A DNA stretch of 49,495 bases, filler included, from Bipalium vagum (GCA_037834085.1; 3 parts of 3 records of this genome joined end to end with filler, not necessarily neighbours in it); one strand, 5' to 3'. Counted from the whole stretch's first letter, positions 26,901 to 41,000 are shown. Numbers and translations are program-made. Notes: generated by a model from the sequence alone, not told the origin.

Positions 26901-27599
26901 ATGAAGAAAAAATATGAACGTTTTTTTTTCAAAGATATTCTATTTAAAAAATGAGATTATAAACGTAATTTTTCCATCTGTACTACGAATTTCTCTGTAA
27001 TTTTTCTCGCAATAAAAAGGAGCAGAATATTTTCTAAAAGGAGGCTTTATATATATGTCGTTGACTATGAATTTGTGTTTCTTTCATGTTATTTATCTTG
27101 AATAAAAAAATCTGTTTTTGGTTTTCTCTTTTCCAGATGATTAATTTTGTAAATGTTTGTTTTAATTTATCCATTAGAAATAACCATGATAATGTTCAAA
27201 AAGGAGATAATGTTCCATTTCACTGTGAAAAAGCCCAGATTATTTGTTTTCCATTTAAGAATCGTTGAACAAGATTGAAGATATTGGAATAGAATGGTTT
27301 TTACTTTGAAAAAAAATAGTTAAAAGAAAGAGAGAGGTTGAAATCCAATACGAATTTATGGCTCAATTATAATTTTATTTTTCTTAGATACTTCATAACT
27401 ATTGATCTTGTTACACTTATCTGATTTCTATATAAAAGTGATAATCTCGCTTTAATTTTATCCGAAATCCAAAAAATAAATATAATATAATATTACTGAT
27501 ATTTTGAGATACTTAAAATGAGATCTGAAAATGAGGGAGAGTTTATTATTAGTATTATTATTATTCTTATTTTAATTTTTCTACTGACTAGGAATGTAA

Positions 27600-27950
27600 A
27601 AATTATCAATGAAACATATTTCCCATGTCTTTCTTCAGTCGGTTGTCATGATTACAGTGTATAGGTATTAGTTATCTTCTGTTGTTCTTAGTTTAAGTAG
27701 TTAATGAAGATTTCAGTTCAAAAATGTTTTTTTTTCTGAACAGTAATTTTTTACTAATGAATTTTGTTGCCATAGCTCTTGAATACAGTCGCTTCTGTAG
27801 TTTTTTGTGGTTTTCAATGAAACCCTTCTTTTATCAGTGAAGTTTGGTTTGTTCATGTTTATATGAGACCATTTTTGGCATGTGAAAATGGCTTAATGAC
27901 AAACTGGTGAATTATCAAGACCATTGACGGATGTTGATAATCACTGATTT
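27600..27950 (-). mobile_element. Possible Tc1-like transposase remnant
   Basis: Minus strand NFTDKRRVSL (cf. VIFTDEKRFSL); otherwise heavily decayed. Confidence 0.35.
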
Positions 27951-29364
27951 ATCTGTTTCGTTTACTCTGGTATCATTGATAGATTGTAAGATTAATAAAT
28001 TTCTCTTTAATATTATAAATAATAATGTATTTTTCCATGAAAAATAATAATCGTTTAATCACAAATTTTTTGTTCCACCAAATTATGTCATTGGTTTTTA
28101 GACATTATTTGTAATAAAAGAAGCTTATCTCAAATTACATTTGATAGTTTTATCGTTACTAGTAACTATAACAATAGATATTTGGTGATTTTTTTCTATT
28201 AACTTTTTATACTTTTCATTAATATATAATTATTTTATTTTCATGTATTATATCTATTATTGATTTTTTTCCTATTAGAGAAAAAATTCTCACGTTTTGA
28301 TTTGAAGAAAATTATTCGAATTTTCACAAAACTATCGAAAATAATTTTCGGAGAAATAAATTAATGGTTACATAAATATGTTTTAACTGTTGTAATCTTT
28401 TAAATTTATATCAATCCGGTTATTGATTATATATGAAAAGGAGAGTGGTTTCATGTTATTTCTTGAAATGCATTATACGATTTCCCCAGTTACGATTTGT
28501 TTAAATTATATATATATATAGTAAATTATATATTTAAAAAATTCAGTAAAAGAATTATGTGTATAACGTAAAGTCATTTGACAAATCATTCAGTGACTTG
28601 TTTTCGCAAAGTTAATTCCAACAGATGTTCATCCATACAATCCAGGATTTCATTTCTGAATTGGATTTGCTGTTTAAGGCTTTTTCAGATTCTTTCTATT
28701 CTGAATCATTGTGGAGACTTATGATTGAATACTTAATCCTTGTAGTTTCATGGACAATAGATAGTTTCATAAATAATATTTAAACAAATTTTTGTAACTA
28801 GGTGCACCGTATAATGTAAACATCACTGGTTTTTATTAAAGACAAAACTTGTTTGATTGTATTTATTATTTTTTTTCGAAAAATGTTTCCCCACATTGAA
28901 GGTCTCTTTTACACTGAGATGTATTAAAAATTTCTTTTTCGATTAAATATCCCATGCATTTATTTTCACGGAACAACATTTTTTAAATCAGATTTGTTGG
29001 AATATTCATTGATTAATATTATTCGAGATTATTAATTTTATGTATTTATATCAATATAGGAATTCCTTGAAAATTTTATTTCATTAAATATAAATTTATC
29101 ATGTATATCTATTTAATTAATTTACGAAAATTTCAAATGATCTTAAATTTACGTCACCTGTAAATAAATTTTGGTATTTAGGTGCACATTATAATGTAAT
29201 AAAATACATTCTCGCAAAATGCAACAAATTTTAAAAAATATATTCGCTAATAGAAAAACGTGTTTTAATTTGTTTTGAATATAAAAATTTAACTAGGAAA
29301 ATTTAAATTTATTTAAGGTCACTAATTATAATAGTCTAAATAAAATATTAATTATAGTTTAGTA

Positions 29365-30050
29365 ATGAATTACAAGAGGTCTAATTTAACATACCAAGAT
29401 AAAATAGAAATTTTAAATAAAATTGAGAAAGAGGTGAATCAAGAAAATGTATTTATGAAGATTACAAATGCAATAAAAGTACAATCAGGTAGGATTATTA
29501 AGAAAAAAGATGACATATTATCATTTGTTAAAGATAATTATCTACCACCAAAGAAAATCAAAGAGTTTTAAAGTGAAAGTATCAGAAACTGAGAAGGGTA
29601 CTCATAATTGATTTTTAAATGAAAAAATTAATAAAAATAACTTGAATGATAACTTATTGCATTTGAAATCTTTAGAATTTCATAGAGAATTAAATCCTGA
29701 AATAAGTTTTGCTGCGAGTTCAGACTGGGTTCAAAAATTTAAAAATAGACACGGTATTAGATCACTAAAGATTTTTAGGGGAAAATTAAGCTCAAATGAT
29801 TCCATTATCTCTTAATTCATTGCAAACTTTAGAAGGGATATTTCTAATTTTCAGTTACTTCCAGATCAGATTTATAACGCAGATGACACTGGTTTGGTCT
29901 ATAAGAATATGAACTGTAGAAGTTTAGTAACAGATGATGAGAAAACTGCACCAGGTCGAAACAATTTCAAAGAACGAATAACTAATATGCCCTGTGTAAA
30001 TGCACCAGGAGAGCACAAATTAAAATTGATGTTAATTGGCAAATCAAATT
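29365..30050 (+). mobile_element. pogo/Tigger (Jerky/CENP-B-like) transposase pseudogene, N-terminal half
   Basis: KRSNLTYQDKIEILNKIEK (HTH-psq-like), FAASSDWVQKFKNRHGIRSL (CENP-B HTH), and QIYNADDTGLVYK...APGRNNFKERIT..PCVNAPGEHKLKLMLIGKS (start of the DDE_1 domain), broken by stops and frameshifts. Confidence 0.9.
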
Positions 30051-30479
30051 ACATTAAAGGTCTTCCAGAAATGTCTGGCAAACAAGGGATTTATTTCATG
30101 TACATCCAATTATTGTAGTGATATTCTTCAGTAGTCATTTGAATTTCTGCTTTTGATCTGAAAACAACTATTTAAATAAATCTTTTTTAAAATAGCCACC
30201 TCACTATTATTTTTATTAATAATTACAAAAAAATTTTTAAATTAAAGAATTTAATAATTTTAGAAACTTTAATTTCAAAATCAAATTTATAACATTTTAA
30301 TATTAAATTAAAAAAACGTTTATTACGAAGTTAAATATATGTTATTATAAATGAGGTTTCTATTTAAAAAATTCATTGAAAACAATATTTCAAACAACTC
30401 CTTATAATCGTAAAAGATACATCTTTCACTTTTTCCTCTTTCCTCTTTCTTATTCTTTAATTCTTTCGAAAAATGGTGT

Positions 30480-31663
30480 TTAAAAACAATAACATTTTAA
30501 TCCACAAACAAAATAGGAAGATGTTGGGCATTCAATCAATAACTTTAGGTCATTGTTGTGAAGAGAATTGTAAGAGAATTCATCATAATCCTTTTCAAGA
30601 TTTGTATTGTAATCATCAATGAAAGACAGACAAGTCCGGAAACACAGACCACTGATATGCATTAATGTCGATAATATCTCTGAGAGAAACCTTTCCAACC
30701 GATTTAATGTATTCTTTCTTAATCTCTTTCATTCTGCTTAATAAAATTTTCCGGTTTTATTTCTTATATCCTTTGTATTGATTTTAATGGTAAACAGAAA
30801 AATGGATTATAGGTTTATTGTCATATTCATTGATTTTAACTTGGAAAGAGTTTTCCAAAAAATTAAAATCAAGGTCAAAGTTCTTTTGGTGAGGAGTTTT
30901 TCTTCATTATCGGGAAAAAAGTGATTTATAAAGGGGCAATTTGTTTTTTTTTGAAGAATATGAGATAATCCGAATTAAATTACTGTTCAGTGCATTTGTT
31001 GTCTATTCTTTTCTTATAAGTACTGTCAAAATTAGAAAATTAATTATTAATTACTCAATTAATTAATTAAGCTTGTGTTCTTAACGGAAGATGAGTGATT
31101 TATTTTTCTCGGCTTTAAAACCGTTTCCCTTAGCATAAATTAGTATGAATAAGGGATGTATTTTGGAAGTATTTATGTCATTGTCGGAGTGGTTTTCCGA
31201 GATTTTGTCATTGTGAAGAGAGGAAAGCTAATTATCGTAACGTGAATTGAAAATCAAATTAAAGTTACTTATGAAATTACGGGAAAATCTCATTAAAGTT
31301 CTAGTCACTTCTCCTCTCTTTTCCAAATTAAGCGTGTCCAATCGTTCTATTCTTCTTGCATTAAATAATACTTAGAATGACTTTAATGTTAGTTGATAAT
31401 TAATGTCCCCTTTCTCACACGTAAAGTTTTCTCTAATATATAATATTTATTAAGCTTAGGATAAACGGATTTAATAAATTGTCCCTTGTATCATAATTTC
31501 GTATAAATTTTATTATACAAACACTGCAGGGTTGATTGGTCTTGAAAGAGTTAAGTTTTATTTGAAAAACATAATCGAAAATCAATATCCAAGGATCATC
31601 ACTGATCCGTGGCTCTTTTGGTTTCAATTTTTCAATGATCGATTGAAAAGTAATACTATTCAT
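30480..31663 (-). CDS. Putative orphan multi-exon gene
   Basis: ATG at 31663 (MNSITFQSIIEKLKPKEPRISDDPW), then exon-like open segments (GQFIKSVYPKLNK.., LFNARRIERLDTLNLEKRGE, LSSLHNDKISENHSDND..) separated by 38-81-nt GT-AG gaps. Last exon ends ...FVCGLKCYCF*. The model is not fully closed. Confidence 0.4.
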
Positions 31664-32671
31664 TGGAGAAAAATATAACTATTTTGCTATTTATTGGTTT
31701 AAAATAAAAACAGATTTCAATTTGTCTCTTTTGACTTTATTAAGAGACAATTTTGATGTGAATTAATATCACTGACTGGAAAATTTAAAGTGGTTTTTTC
31801 AATTTCCGCCGGTGTTACAATGCACCGAAAAAGCTCTGTCATTAAATTGATTGATATCAAGTTCTGTAAATGTTCACAGAAAAAAGTTACGGTAAAAATA
31901 AAATTTGGAATTTTTTGCTAAGAAATTTCTATTGGGTATTGACGGATAATTTTGATGATGATCATTTCTATTTCAGTTTAAATTTCATTTCAATCAATAT
32001 GCTGCCACATTTTCTTCTCATTCTGTTTTTATTTTTCCTTGTTCCAATTGTAAAACAACGAGATCTTAATTGCGGGGCACAAAAGAAGCATTTATTCCAG
32101 AAATCATACAATATTTTATGACCAATATTCACTTCATATATTCACTATGACACAAAATTATGTTCAGATCGCATCAAAAACGGTTCAACATTTATTTCGT
32201 TCACGGATTTGAATGTTTTTATTTTTCTTTTTGACTCAACATTCCGAAAAATGAAGCGAATTACCAAGTTCATGTCAGGAGAGTAAAAGATGATTGTGGG
32301 ATATGTTTGCTAGTATTCTGGTACAATAAAGAATTGGTAAATTTTTCTGCATGAGAGCCTGCATTGTTTTGCTTAATGGTGAAGTTTCCATGTTGATATT
32401 TGTCTTTCAGATTAGTTGATTCAAACAAGATATAATGAAATTGTGGTTTCATAGTGTATGTCATTATTTACAAATGAATAACAAAATATATTTCATAGTA
32501 TAAAAAATATTTCACACTAAATATATATTCATTGATAAATTTAATTTAATTTTCAAAGTAATTATAATGAAATATAAATAAATTGTTATTATTATTTTAT
32601 AAAATGAAATTGAATTTTATATTATTTTTAATTTATATTATAAATGTAATATATAGCATTTTCAATTAAAA

Positions 32672-32723
32672 ATTCACCATTTTCAAATAATAATTCACCA
32701 TTTTCAAATAAACATTCACCATT
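32672..32723. repeat. 21-bp minisatellite (ATTCACCATTTTCAAATAATA) x2.5 running into the gap
   Basis: Directly visible; it probably caused the contig break. Confidence 0.85.
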
Positions 32724-32823
32724 NNNNNNNNNNNNNNNNNNNNNNNNNNNNNNNNNNNNNNNNNNNNTTAATTAATTAANNNNNNNNNNNNNNNNNNNNN
32801 NNNNNNNNNNNNNNNNNNNNNNN
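32724..32823. other. Assembly gap / artificial linker N44-TTAATTAATTAA-N44
   Basis: Same structure as 16547-16646. Confidence 0.97.
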
Positions 32824-32936
32824 TGTAATACATACTTTTCTTTATATAAAACTGATTTAAATTTTTAATGACAAAATTAAAATAACATTGTATTTAACGT
32901 TTAAATTTATTCCAAAAATATCGCACGCACCCTGTA

Positions 32937-34110
32937 CACTGGTAAACATTTGTTTAAGCGCACTAAGGAAATACAATGTTCCTATGATTTCTTTTATTAA
33001 TTTTTAGTTGATAATTAAATTATCTATGTTATTATATGCTGAAATTAGTCTAGCATAGGTTTTTTTCTATATTATTTTGAAATATGAATAAAATAATTTG
33101 ATTAGAAGAGATTTATTTATAAAATTGCGAAACATTCGTTTAAGCGCAGTTAGGTAAAAACAGATTCAATTATTAAAATTTAATTTAAATTGTTTTAGTT
33201 TTTCAAATAATTTTTAATTCTAAGTATATTTGTAGTAGTAGTTAATTTGAGTAGTTAATTATTTTACTTAAGATATTTTTAGTAATCACCCATCCCAAAA
33301 GGTACCTATGTTACTGACTAAGAAAAAATTAAAATTCGATTTTTTAAAGAACAAGATATATAACAGAAAGATATCTCTTGATGCATTGGAAAGAATGGCA
33401 ATCGGTAATTTTTTCTGATGAGAAAAAGTTCAGCCTAGATGCTCCTGATTGCTATTCTTGCTATTTCCATAATTTAGAAGCAAACCAAAAAATTAGGATA
33501 AAGTGACATTACGGTGGAGGAAGTGTTATGATTTTTGATTGATTTTAGTTGGTTTAGAAAATTACCAATACGCAATATTTCCACACGAACAACTTCTAAA
33601 TCATACACAGAAATGTTAGATGTTTTAATTTTTTATTATTTATTTTAATTTTTATTATCAACAAGATAACACCCAAATACATGTTTCACAACTGTCAAAA
33701 TCTTTGGTTTTCGTCCAAAGAAATTTCTGAATTGAAGCAATGCATCTCATGATGTTGGGAGAAAATTGACGATTCCATACTGAAAAATTTAGCCAGTTCA
33801 ATGCCAAATAGAATTTTTAATTTAGTGAAATCCCAGGGAGAACATACTCATTATTAAAAATATCATTTATGTTATCTGCGTATATTTTTGTTAATAAAAG
33901 ATAAGTGCGCTTAAACGAATGTTTCTTCTTTTATGCTGTTTTCTAAAAATATAGCGCTTTTCTTAACTCAATATTCAGTAACTTATTGAAAAACAAGATT
34001 TCCAAACAATATTTTATCTGTTTGATACTGTTTGTGACTCCAAATCATTTATAATAATAATCGCAACAAAATATAGGTAATTAATCAAGTGTTTCTTAAA
34101 CGAATGTATA
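32937..34110 (+). mobile_element. Decayed Tc3-like (Tc1 family) transposon with IR/DR ends
   Basis: Motif AAACATT(T/C)GTTTAAGCGCA occurs twice at the left (about 32944 and 33130) and inverted twice at the right (about 33906 and 34097). Remnants WQSVIFSDEKKFSLDAPD, HYGGGSVMI, YQQDN, SMPNRIF...GEHTHY*. Confidence 0.88.
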
Positions 34111-36037
34111 ATATATTTCCTTAAAATCTTCAAAAATAATTTCAGGTAAATATGTTTTGATTTTTAATATTAAACGACTAAGACAAATCACAGATGCAAC
34201 AACAACAAGGATATATTTTATGCAATTTGTTATTAAAGTTTCTAATAAAAAATTATTTACAATCTTCATTTTCAGTTCCAGGACATAATCAAGTTGAATG
34301 AAGGTTTACTGGTGTATGTAAGCAACAGTTGTGACAGAAATCCAGATCAAATGGTAGTGGTAAAACATACTTATAAAATAGACAGATATGTTGTCTAGGT
34401 AACATATAATTAAGAAGGGTTTTTATATGATGGACCTTTCAGTGTTACTTATTAATATTCATTAGTTTTTATTCTTTTTCGTTCTTCATTTTTTAATTGT
34501 TTTAATGGGTTATCTAATTTTTACTGATTCTGAAATAATTTTATATTGAAAAATACTGACATGTAATGACCGTCAACATCTCCCTAATTAGACCCAAATT
34601 ATAATACTTCCCTACACATTTACTTCACATTTTAATATTTATTATCATTATAAAAATTAAAAATTACCTTTTTTATTTCAGTTACTCGTTATATGGTGTC
34701 AGAGAAATAAGGCATTTTGATGAAGAATTAAATTATTTTTTCTGCATCAAAAGTCACCATTTCAGAATTTCAACAGAAAACCTGGAGGAATTTCAAATAT
34801 GAAAAAATGGTTTTTATAAAACCCCATATTCATTTTTTAAGATGATGCCGTTATTAAAATTTGTATATTGTCACTTGTAAAAACAAGGGTAACTGGTCTC
34901 TATGTTCAAGATAACATTGAAAATTTAGTTGTAAATATCCGAATTACCTTTCAGGCCATTTGGGATACGTCTTTCAAACTAAGTACTTCGTCTTTAGTCA
35001 GGTTTTTATAATTAATATTTAACTATATAAAAAGAAAAGATTTTTGTTAGTAATGTAAAACGTTAAGACGGTTGTTATAAAGATATTTCCATTGAAATAG
35101 AAGCGGTAATTGGTTTAAAATATAGGTAAAATAATTATAAATCTTTCTTCAATGACGTTTTAAAAAATAGATATTAATGAAATCCAAAAATAATTTAATC
35201 CTTTGATTTTAATTCAAAGCTAAGCAGATAAGCTTGCCAAACTCCAAATACCATTGCCATAAGACGGAATATTCGGGACATTTTTCGAAAGTTCATTTAA
35301 ACTTTTATTAATTTTGCAAGGGGGTTTCAAGTTATCTGCAATTGGATTACATGATGCTTTAATTTATTAAAATTAAAATGTAACATATTTTTTTGTAAAG
35401 AACTCCTTAAAGTTTAATTTGAAGTTTTCAATTTTAGTTAAGATTTATAAACTTATGAAAACTTTATCGTTAAAGTTCGTAGAGAAATTAGAAAAACTTG
35501 GAAATATGTTTAAGTGAAACAAACAGTATTACCATCAATGAATTTAACTGATATTTAAAACAATGATAACATACCAACCATTGACAAGGATTACTCATCT
35601 TCTAACTATGCACAAAGTCTGTGTCCTTTTGATTCCATAATTTACTTTATCCAGTTTTTGAATATACATTTCTTTACTAATTCTTTGTCGACAATCAAAC
35701 TGATCTAACTTGTCGAATATCTCAAACTTTAAAATGTTTGATTCTTAATCGATTTTTCAATGACAGCTACCCAATTTGACCAAGCTTTTCCATGATTTGC
35801 ATCTAATCGCATTATCATAATACACCGATCTCGTCATTTCTCTTTATTTAGACCCATTCATTACAAATCTTAACTCATTTTCGTCCATTCCATTCACAGA
35901 CCGATTAAAGTATCAGTCTGTGATAAATAAACGTTTTATGGTGATTTTCAATGAATAATAAAAAAATCAAAAATTAATTTGTTTCACTGCATAAATGATA
36001 ATTATAGATAGTGAAATAAAAGAAATAATCTACCAAC

Positions 36038-37952
36038 CTGAGAACAAGATAACTGATGAGACATAGCAGCATGATGCAAAGGCTGACGGAAAAGCGTAGT
36101 TGTGGGCTGGTTGACATCAACTCCTGACTGAATAAGATATTGCAAAATGGAGAAATATCCTTTGTACGAGACTAGATGAACTGGACATAAATCTTTGTGA
36201 TTTGCCCGACGAACCTAGGAAAACAAAAGATATCATTTAGTCGTTTTAACATAAATGGAAATTATTAACTCAATTGTCAATTTATTTCCTTGAGAAATTA
36301 TGAATGAAGAAACCCGAATTTTTACAATTATTCCTTATAAGTCTGAAATTGAGGGTGATAAATATTTGGAATTGCTTAAAATAATATTTATTGTCGCGAC
36401 AAATTCTGAGATCATTAGAGAAAACATTGTTTATCTTTTTTTTATCTATTTAATGTTTAACAGAAATTTAATTCATCAAAAAAAAATTCCGAAATGACCG
36501 AACTCCAACAATTAAACATTGGAAAAATAACAAAGGGTCATCACACATAACAGTTGTAAACATAACACATTGGGTATAATCGATAAAATAGGATGCATTC
36601 AATTTTTTATGAAATTTGAAAGAACTCACGAACAATCCAGAAAAATCCTTCACACAGAAACCGGTCAGTTTGCTGAAGTAATTTAATTAATTTCTCAGGA
36701 ACAAATTTTTTTTATTTGAGCCTACCAGTAATTCTATTACTTGTATTTTTACTTAATCGTTATTTATTATTTTTTCTTTTAAAGACATTACAAAAATTAG
36801 ATACCATGATCACTAAAATGTACTAATTGAAAATAAATTTTTAACAATAAAATTAATTGTAACAATTTAAGCTTCAATTTAAGTATTTAAACCCCTTCTA
36901 AGTACCTGCTTGTCAATATATTTGGAATATGTCCATGTTCTGTGTTAAAAAACCAAAGCAAAACCTGAGGAGAGAAACTTCAACCATTATAGACAATGAA
37001 TAAGAAAATATCATTGTCAACCTATCCCATGCACAAAAATTACCCCAATTTGTTAATTGTGGCATGGAATGACAGGTTTCAATCGATTTTATATAAAAAA
37101 TATTAGGAGTAAGTCAAGCTACAACTGATCGAAATCTGTTATTTCTTTTAAGTGGCGTACTTGTCTATTTATTTATTTCAATTCCTTGACGAAAGAATTT
37201 CCGTATAATTTCGTATCAAATTGAAAGAGAAAACCTTTAAAAAATAATTTTTTTGTAAAAATCAAAATAAAAAAAAGTAGGTCAAAATTAAAACTTAACA
37301 TTTCCCAATGGAATAAATTGTAGTAAAATCAAAGTAGAATAAAAACTCTAATTAAAAGTTCTGAGATTAAAATTTAATAAGGTTAAAAACAAAAAGAGAA
37401 AAAATACAAAACAATTATATTGTAATAATAATTGTTTTAATAAATTGATAATTAATTTTATTATAATTATAATTATTAATGTTTAGTTTGCTCGTTTTGC
37501 AATGTCATATTTTTTTATATATAGAATTTGTTTAAGATAATTTACGGGAAATATGGATTTCGTGAACTATGTTGATACGGTTTATTTACTGTTTCCTTAA
37601 TTTATGTATTCTGCCAACTTGACTTTTTGACGTTCTGTATATTGGTTTTATTTCACGAAAAAATGAAATATTGCTTGTTGAAAACATAATTACAGATAAA
37701 ATTGCAAATAAAAATAAATAAATAAATGAAAATAATTTATCAAGGAAACATAATAATTTTTTTTAAAAATGAAAACAGACAGTTTGTTGCATTGGGTATT
37801 CAAAGAGAAAAATAGAAGTCTGGGTTTATTGAAAAGCAATTAAAACCAGAAAATGACAAACTATAAATTTTATCAAAAAATATTTTTTATTCTAAAAGTT
37901 CTGTATTAGTGCTTGTAGCTTACTTCTTTATCAATGCTTATTAATATTATTA

Positions 37953-38025
<73 letters not shown>

Positions 38026-41000
38026 ATCAAAATCAGAATTTTAATATATATACATATAAAATATATGTACATATAAAATAATGAGATTTTAAAAAATAAT
38101 CTGAACACGATAAAAACGAACGAAGTAAAGAAATGCCTTTAGAACCCTTGGTTTTAATTCCAAATTCCTAGTTACCATGAAAAACTTCGTCCTATTCATA
38201 ATTTTTTTTCAGTCTTCATTTAAAAGTCAGAATAAAAGATCAAATTCTTCGAAAACAAATTTTATATTAACCGCTTCAATTACTTGACGGTTACAATTCA
38301 ACAATTTTAATATAAAAAATCAGTCCAAGATAATCCAACTATTCCAATAATGACAATCAGACAGCCCAGTGATTTCAGCTATCTCAATAAGAAACCCAGG
38401 ACATACCGATGTTTAAGTAGACAAGTTTTGAAGGTCCTATTTAAAAATCAAAAATATTTTCACAGTGAAAATATTTTAAAGCTTTTCGTGATTGTTTTGT
38501 ATTTAACTTAATTTTTAATGGTTGATTATTAAAATCTTTCATAAATATTCCTTTACAATTTTTCCATCGTTTTCGTCAATATATTACATTAACTCTTATA
38601 AGATCCAATATTCATTTGCTGGATGTACTATTCGTAATGTTAATTTGAAATAAAAAAGAATAATTAAACGTCATTTCTTTATATTTAGTATCAATTAAGT
38701 AGATTTACAACTTTGTGAGAGAAGAGCAAAAGAACCCCTCAATGTAACTCATAATTTTGAATCTGAAAAGGCGTATACACAATATATATTTATTTTTGAG
38801 GTGTTCTCCTTTAGCCTCCAGGAACGAACAAACACGTTTTCCACAGAAATTCGATTTTTATATTGATAAATGCATCAATGATTCTTTTTTTTCAATTCTT
38901 TCAGTAAAATAATATTATATATACAATATTGTATATATATAATTTTTTTAAAAAATTTTTAAATATTAAAAAATGATATTTTTAAAGTTTGTAGAATTAA
39001 AAAAGTTTTTTTTACTTTTATCCAATAATAATGCAGATAATATTTCTAAATCATGATAGTGATATCATTTGAAGAAAGATATGGAAGAAGAAGAAAATTG
39101 ACTGAAAGAGATCGAAACATGTTTCAAGATAGTAGTATAAATAAGATTTTGCGTGTTCGAAAATGTTTTTTAAAAAGCGTGTACTTAAAAAATAAAAAAT
39201 TATTGTTCATTAGATTAAATATATATATATATATATATAAATCGATGTATATATAAGTGGCCAATCAATAGCTCCTTTTCTATCAAACAACTTTCAAGGA
39301 AAATTTTGCTATAGCAATTCTCGAACTGCTAAAGAACAATCTACAGAAGCGCTATCCTACATAAAGATCATTGAGGAAACTGATTAAAAGCAGTCAAAAA
39401 TAAGGTTTAAACAAATTAAAGTACTTTGTGCTTGTCAAATTTTCAGAGAAGAAATAGTTTATAATAATAAAATGTGACAAACTAATCAAAATACGAATTT
39501 TTTTCAATAAATTATTGTAAATTTTATTTCAATGTTTTAATGTGGCACAAACATTCTAAATATGTTTATGAACCTTATATACCTTCAGTAAAAACAAAGA
39601 CTTGATTGACTTGCTTTGGTGTAATACTTTAATTACAGAGGATATAGATGAAATAAGGAACACAATGATGATCGATACGTAGGTAATTGTCCTTTAGCTA
39701 CAGATCTATATTTCCATAATTTAACAAAAAGAAATATACCTGAATTGATTTCCATTTATGAGAAAGTACCACAAAGAAAATAGATCAAAACATCTCACAA
39801 AAATATGGGAAAATATAAGCTTGGATTAATGAACCGAGATGTTTTTAATTCACGTCTCCGAAAAGAATTTTCTAAAAGATTGAGAGCTTCGGTGAAAGCT
39901 ACATGATGAAGTTGTCACTCAAAAAATAGATAAATTCTGTAGTATACGAATAATAATTTTAACAGAATTGACAAAGGTCATCAAACTAGGCTTATTTAAA
40001 TAGAAAAAATGACTTGTCTTAAAAATGAAGAGACACCTGTTAGTAAACCTAATATTAACCGTAGCATCATTTGATTGAATAATTATCGTTTTATTAACTA
40101 TTTACTAAAATACTTCATACCTCAGACATTCTAAATATCTTTATATGGTAATTAAATTTCGGTTTCAATCTAAATTATAAAATCGATTTTTGTCTATTAC
40201 CTTGAAAATCGTAGTGATGAAATAAATAAATATGAAACAAAAAGAAAAAGAGATCGTTTGTCATAAAAGTAATAAACTCGGCCAGTTTTAAGGAAGTTCG
40301 ATTTGCCAAAATATAACAGTCTGAAATTGAAGTTGATTTTTCTAATCGTGCCGATCTATATATTCAGTTAAGGACTTTATAAAGGACACTTTCAATATAT
40401 CAGATTAAACTTCTTTTTTTAAGTCATTTAGTATTTATATAATAATTTTTTTCTTTTGAAAATAAATATAAAATATTTGCATCGATATTTTTTATTAAAT
40501 TTTCAATTGACTGAAAGGATTAATAGAAAAAATAAAATTAGATGTAATGTAAATCAATAAAACTAATATTTTGATTGAGAAAATTAATGAAAATAAAAAT
40601 CAAAAAATCGAAAAATTAGCAATAAAATTATTGAAACTCTAAAAATTGATAAAATCATTATATATTATTATAGATCGATGTTTTACTAACTATTATTGAT
40701 CGACAATAAATACCATGTATTACGGAAAACTAAAAATAGCGCAGAATAGTTATACTAATTAAATACAGATGGCACTGCTTTTACAAAGTAATTTCATGAT
40801 AACGTATTTATAAGAAAAATTTCAAAAATAATACTTAAACATTCATTAATGTGAAAAATAAGTAATTGTTTTGTGTTTAATTTTCATGAAATTTGCTGAT
40901 AATTTTAAAAGCGTAAGATTGAAAAAATTAGTAAGATGAAAAAAAATAATATCAATTAAATTTTATTTATGTTTTCACATAATTACAATTTTAATGCTGA

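Larger units (their letters stand above)
32050..32934 (-). mobile_element. Decayed Tc1/mariner-superfamily element, DD37D/maT-like (spans the gap)
   Basis: Minus strand FTIKQNNAGSHAEK (cf. FTFQQDGAPAHTAK), then YSPDMNL...VESK. A terminus TA-CAGGGTGCG lies at 32936. Whether the terminus belongs to the same element across the gap is uncertain. Confidence 0.55.

Noticed and set aside
35228-35360. IWSLA motif resembling the Iroquois IRO box
   Set aside because: Five-residue match without the KPK prefix or any homeodomain exon nearby.
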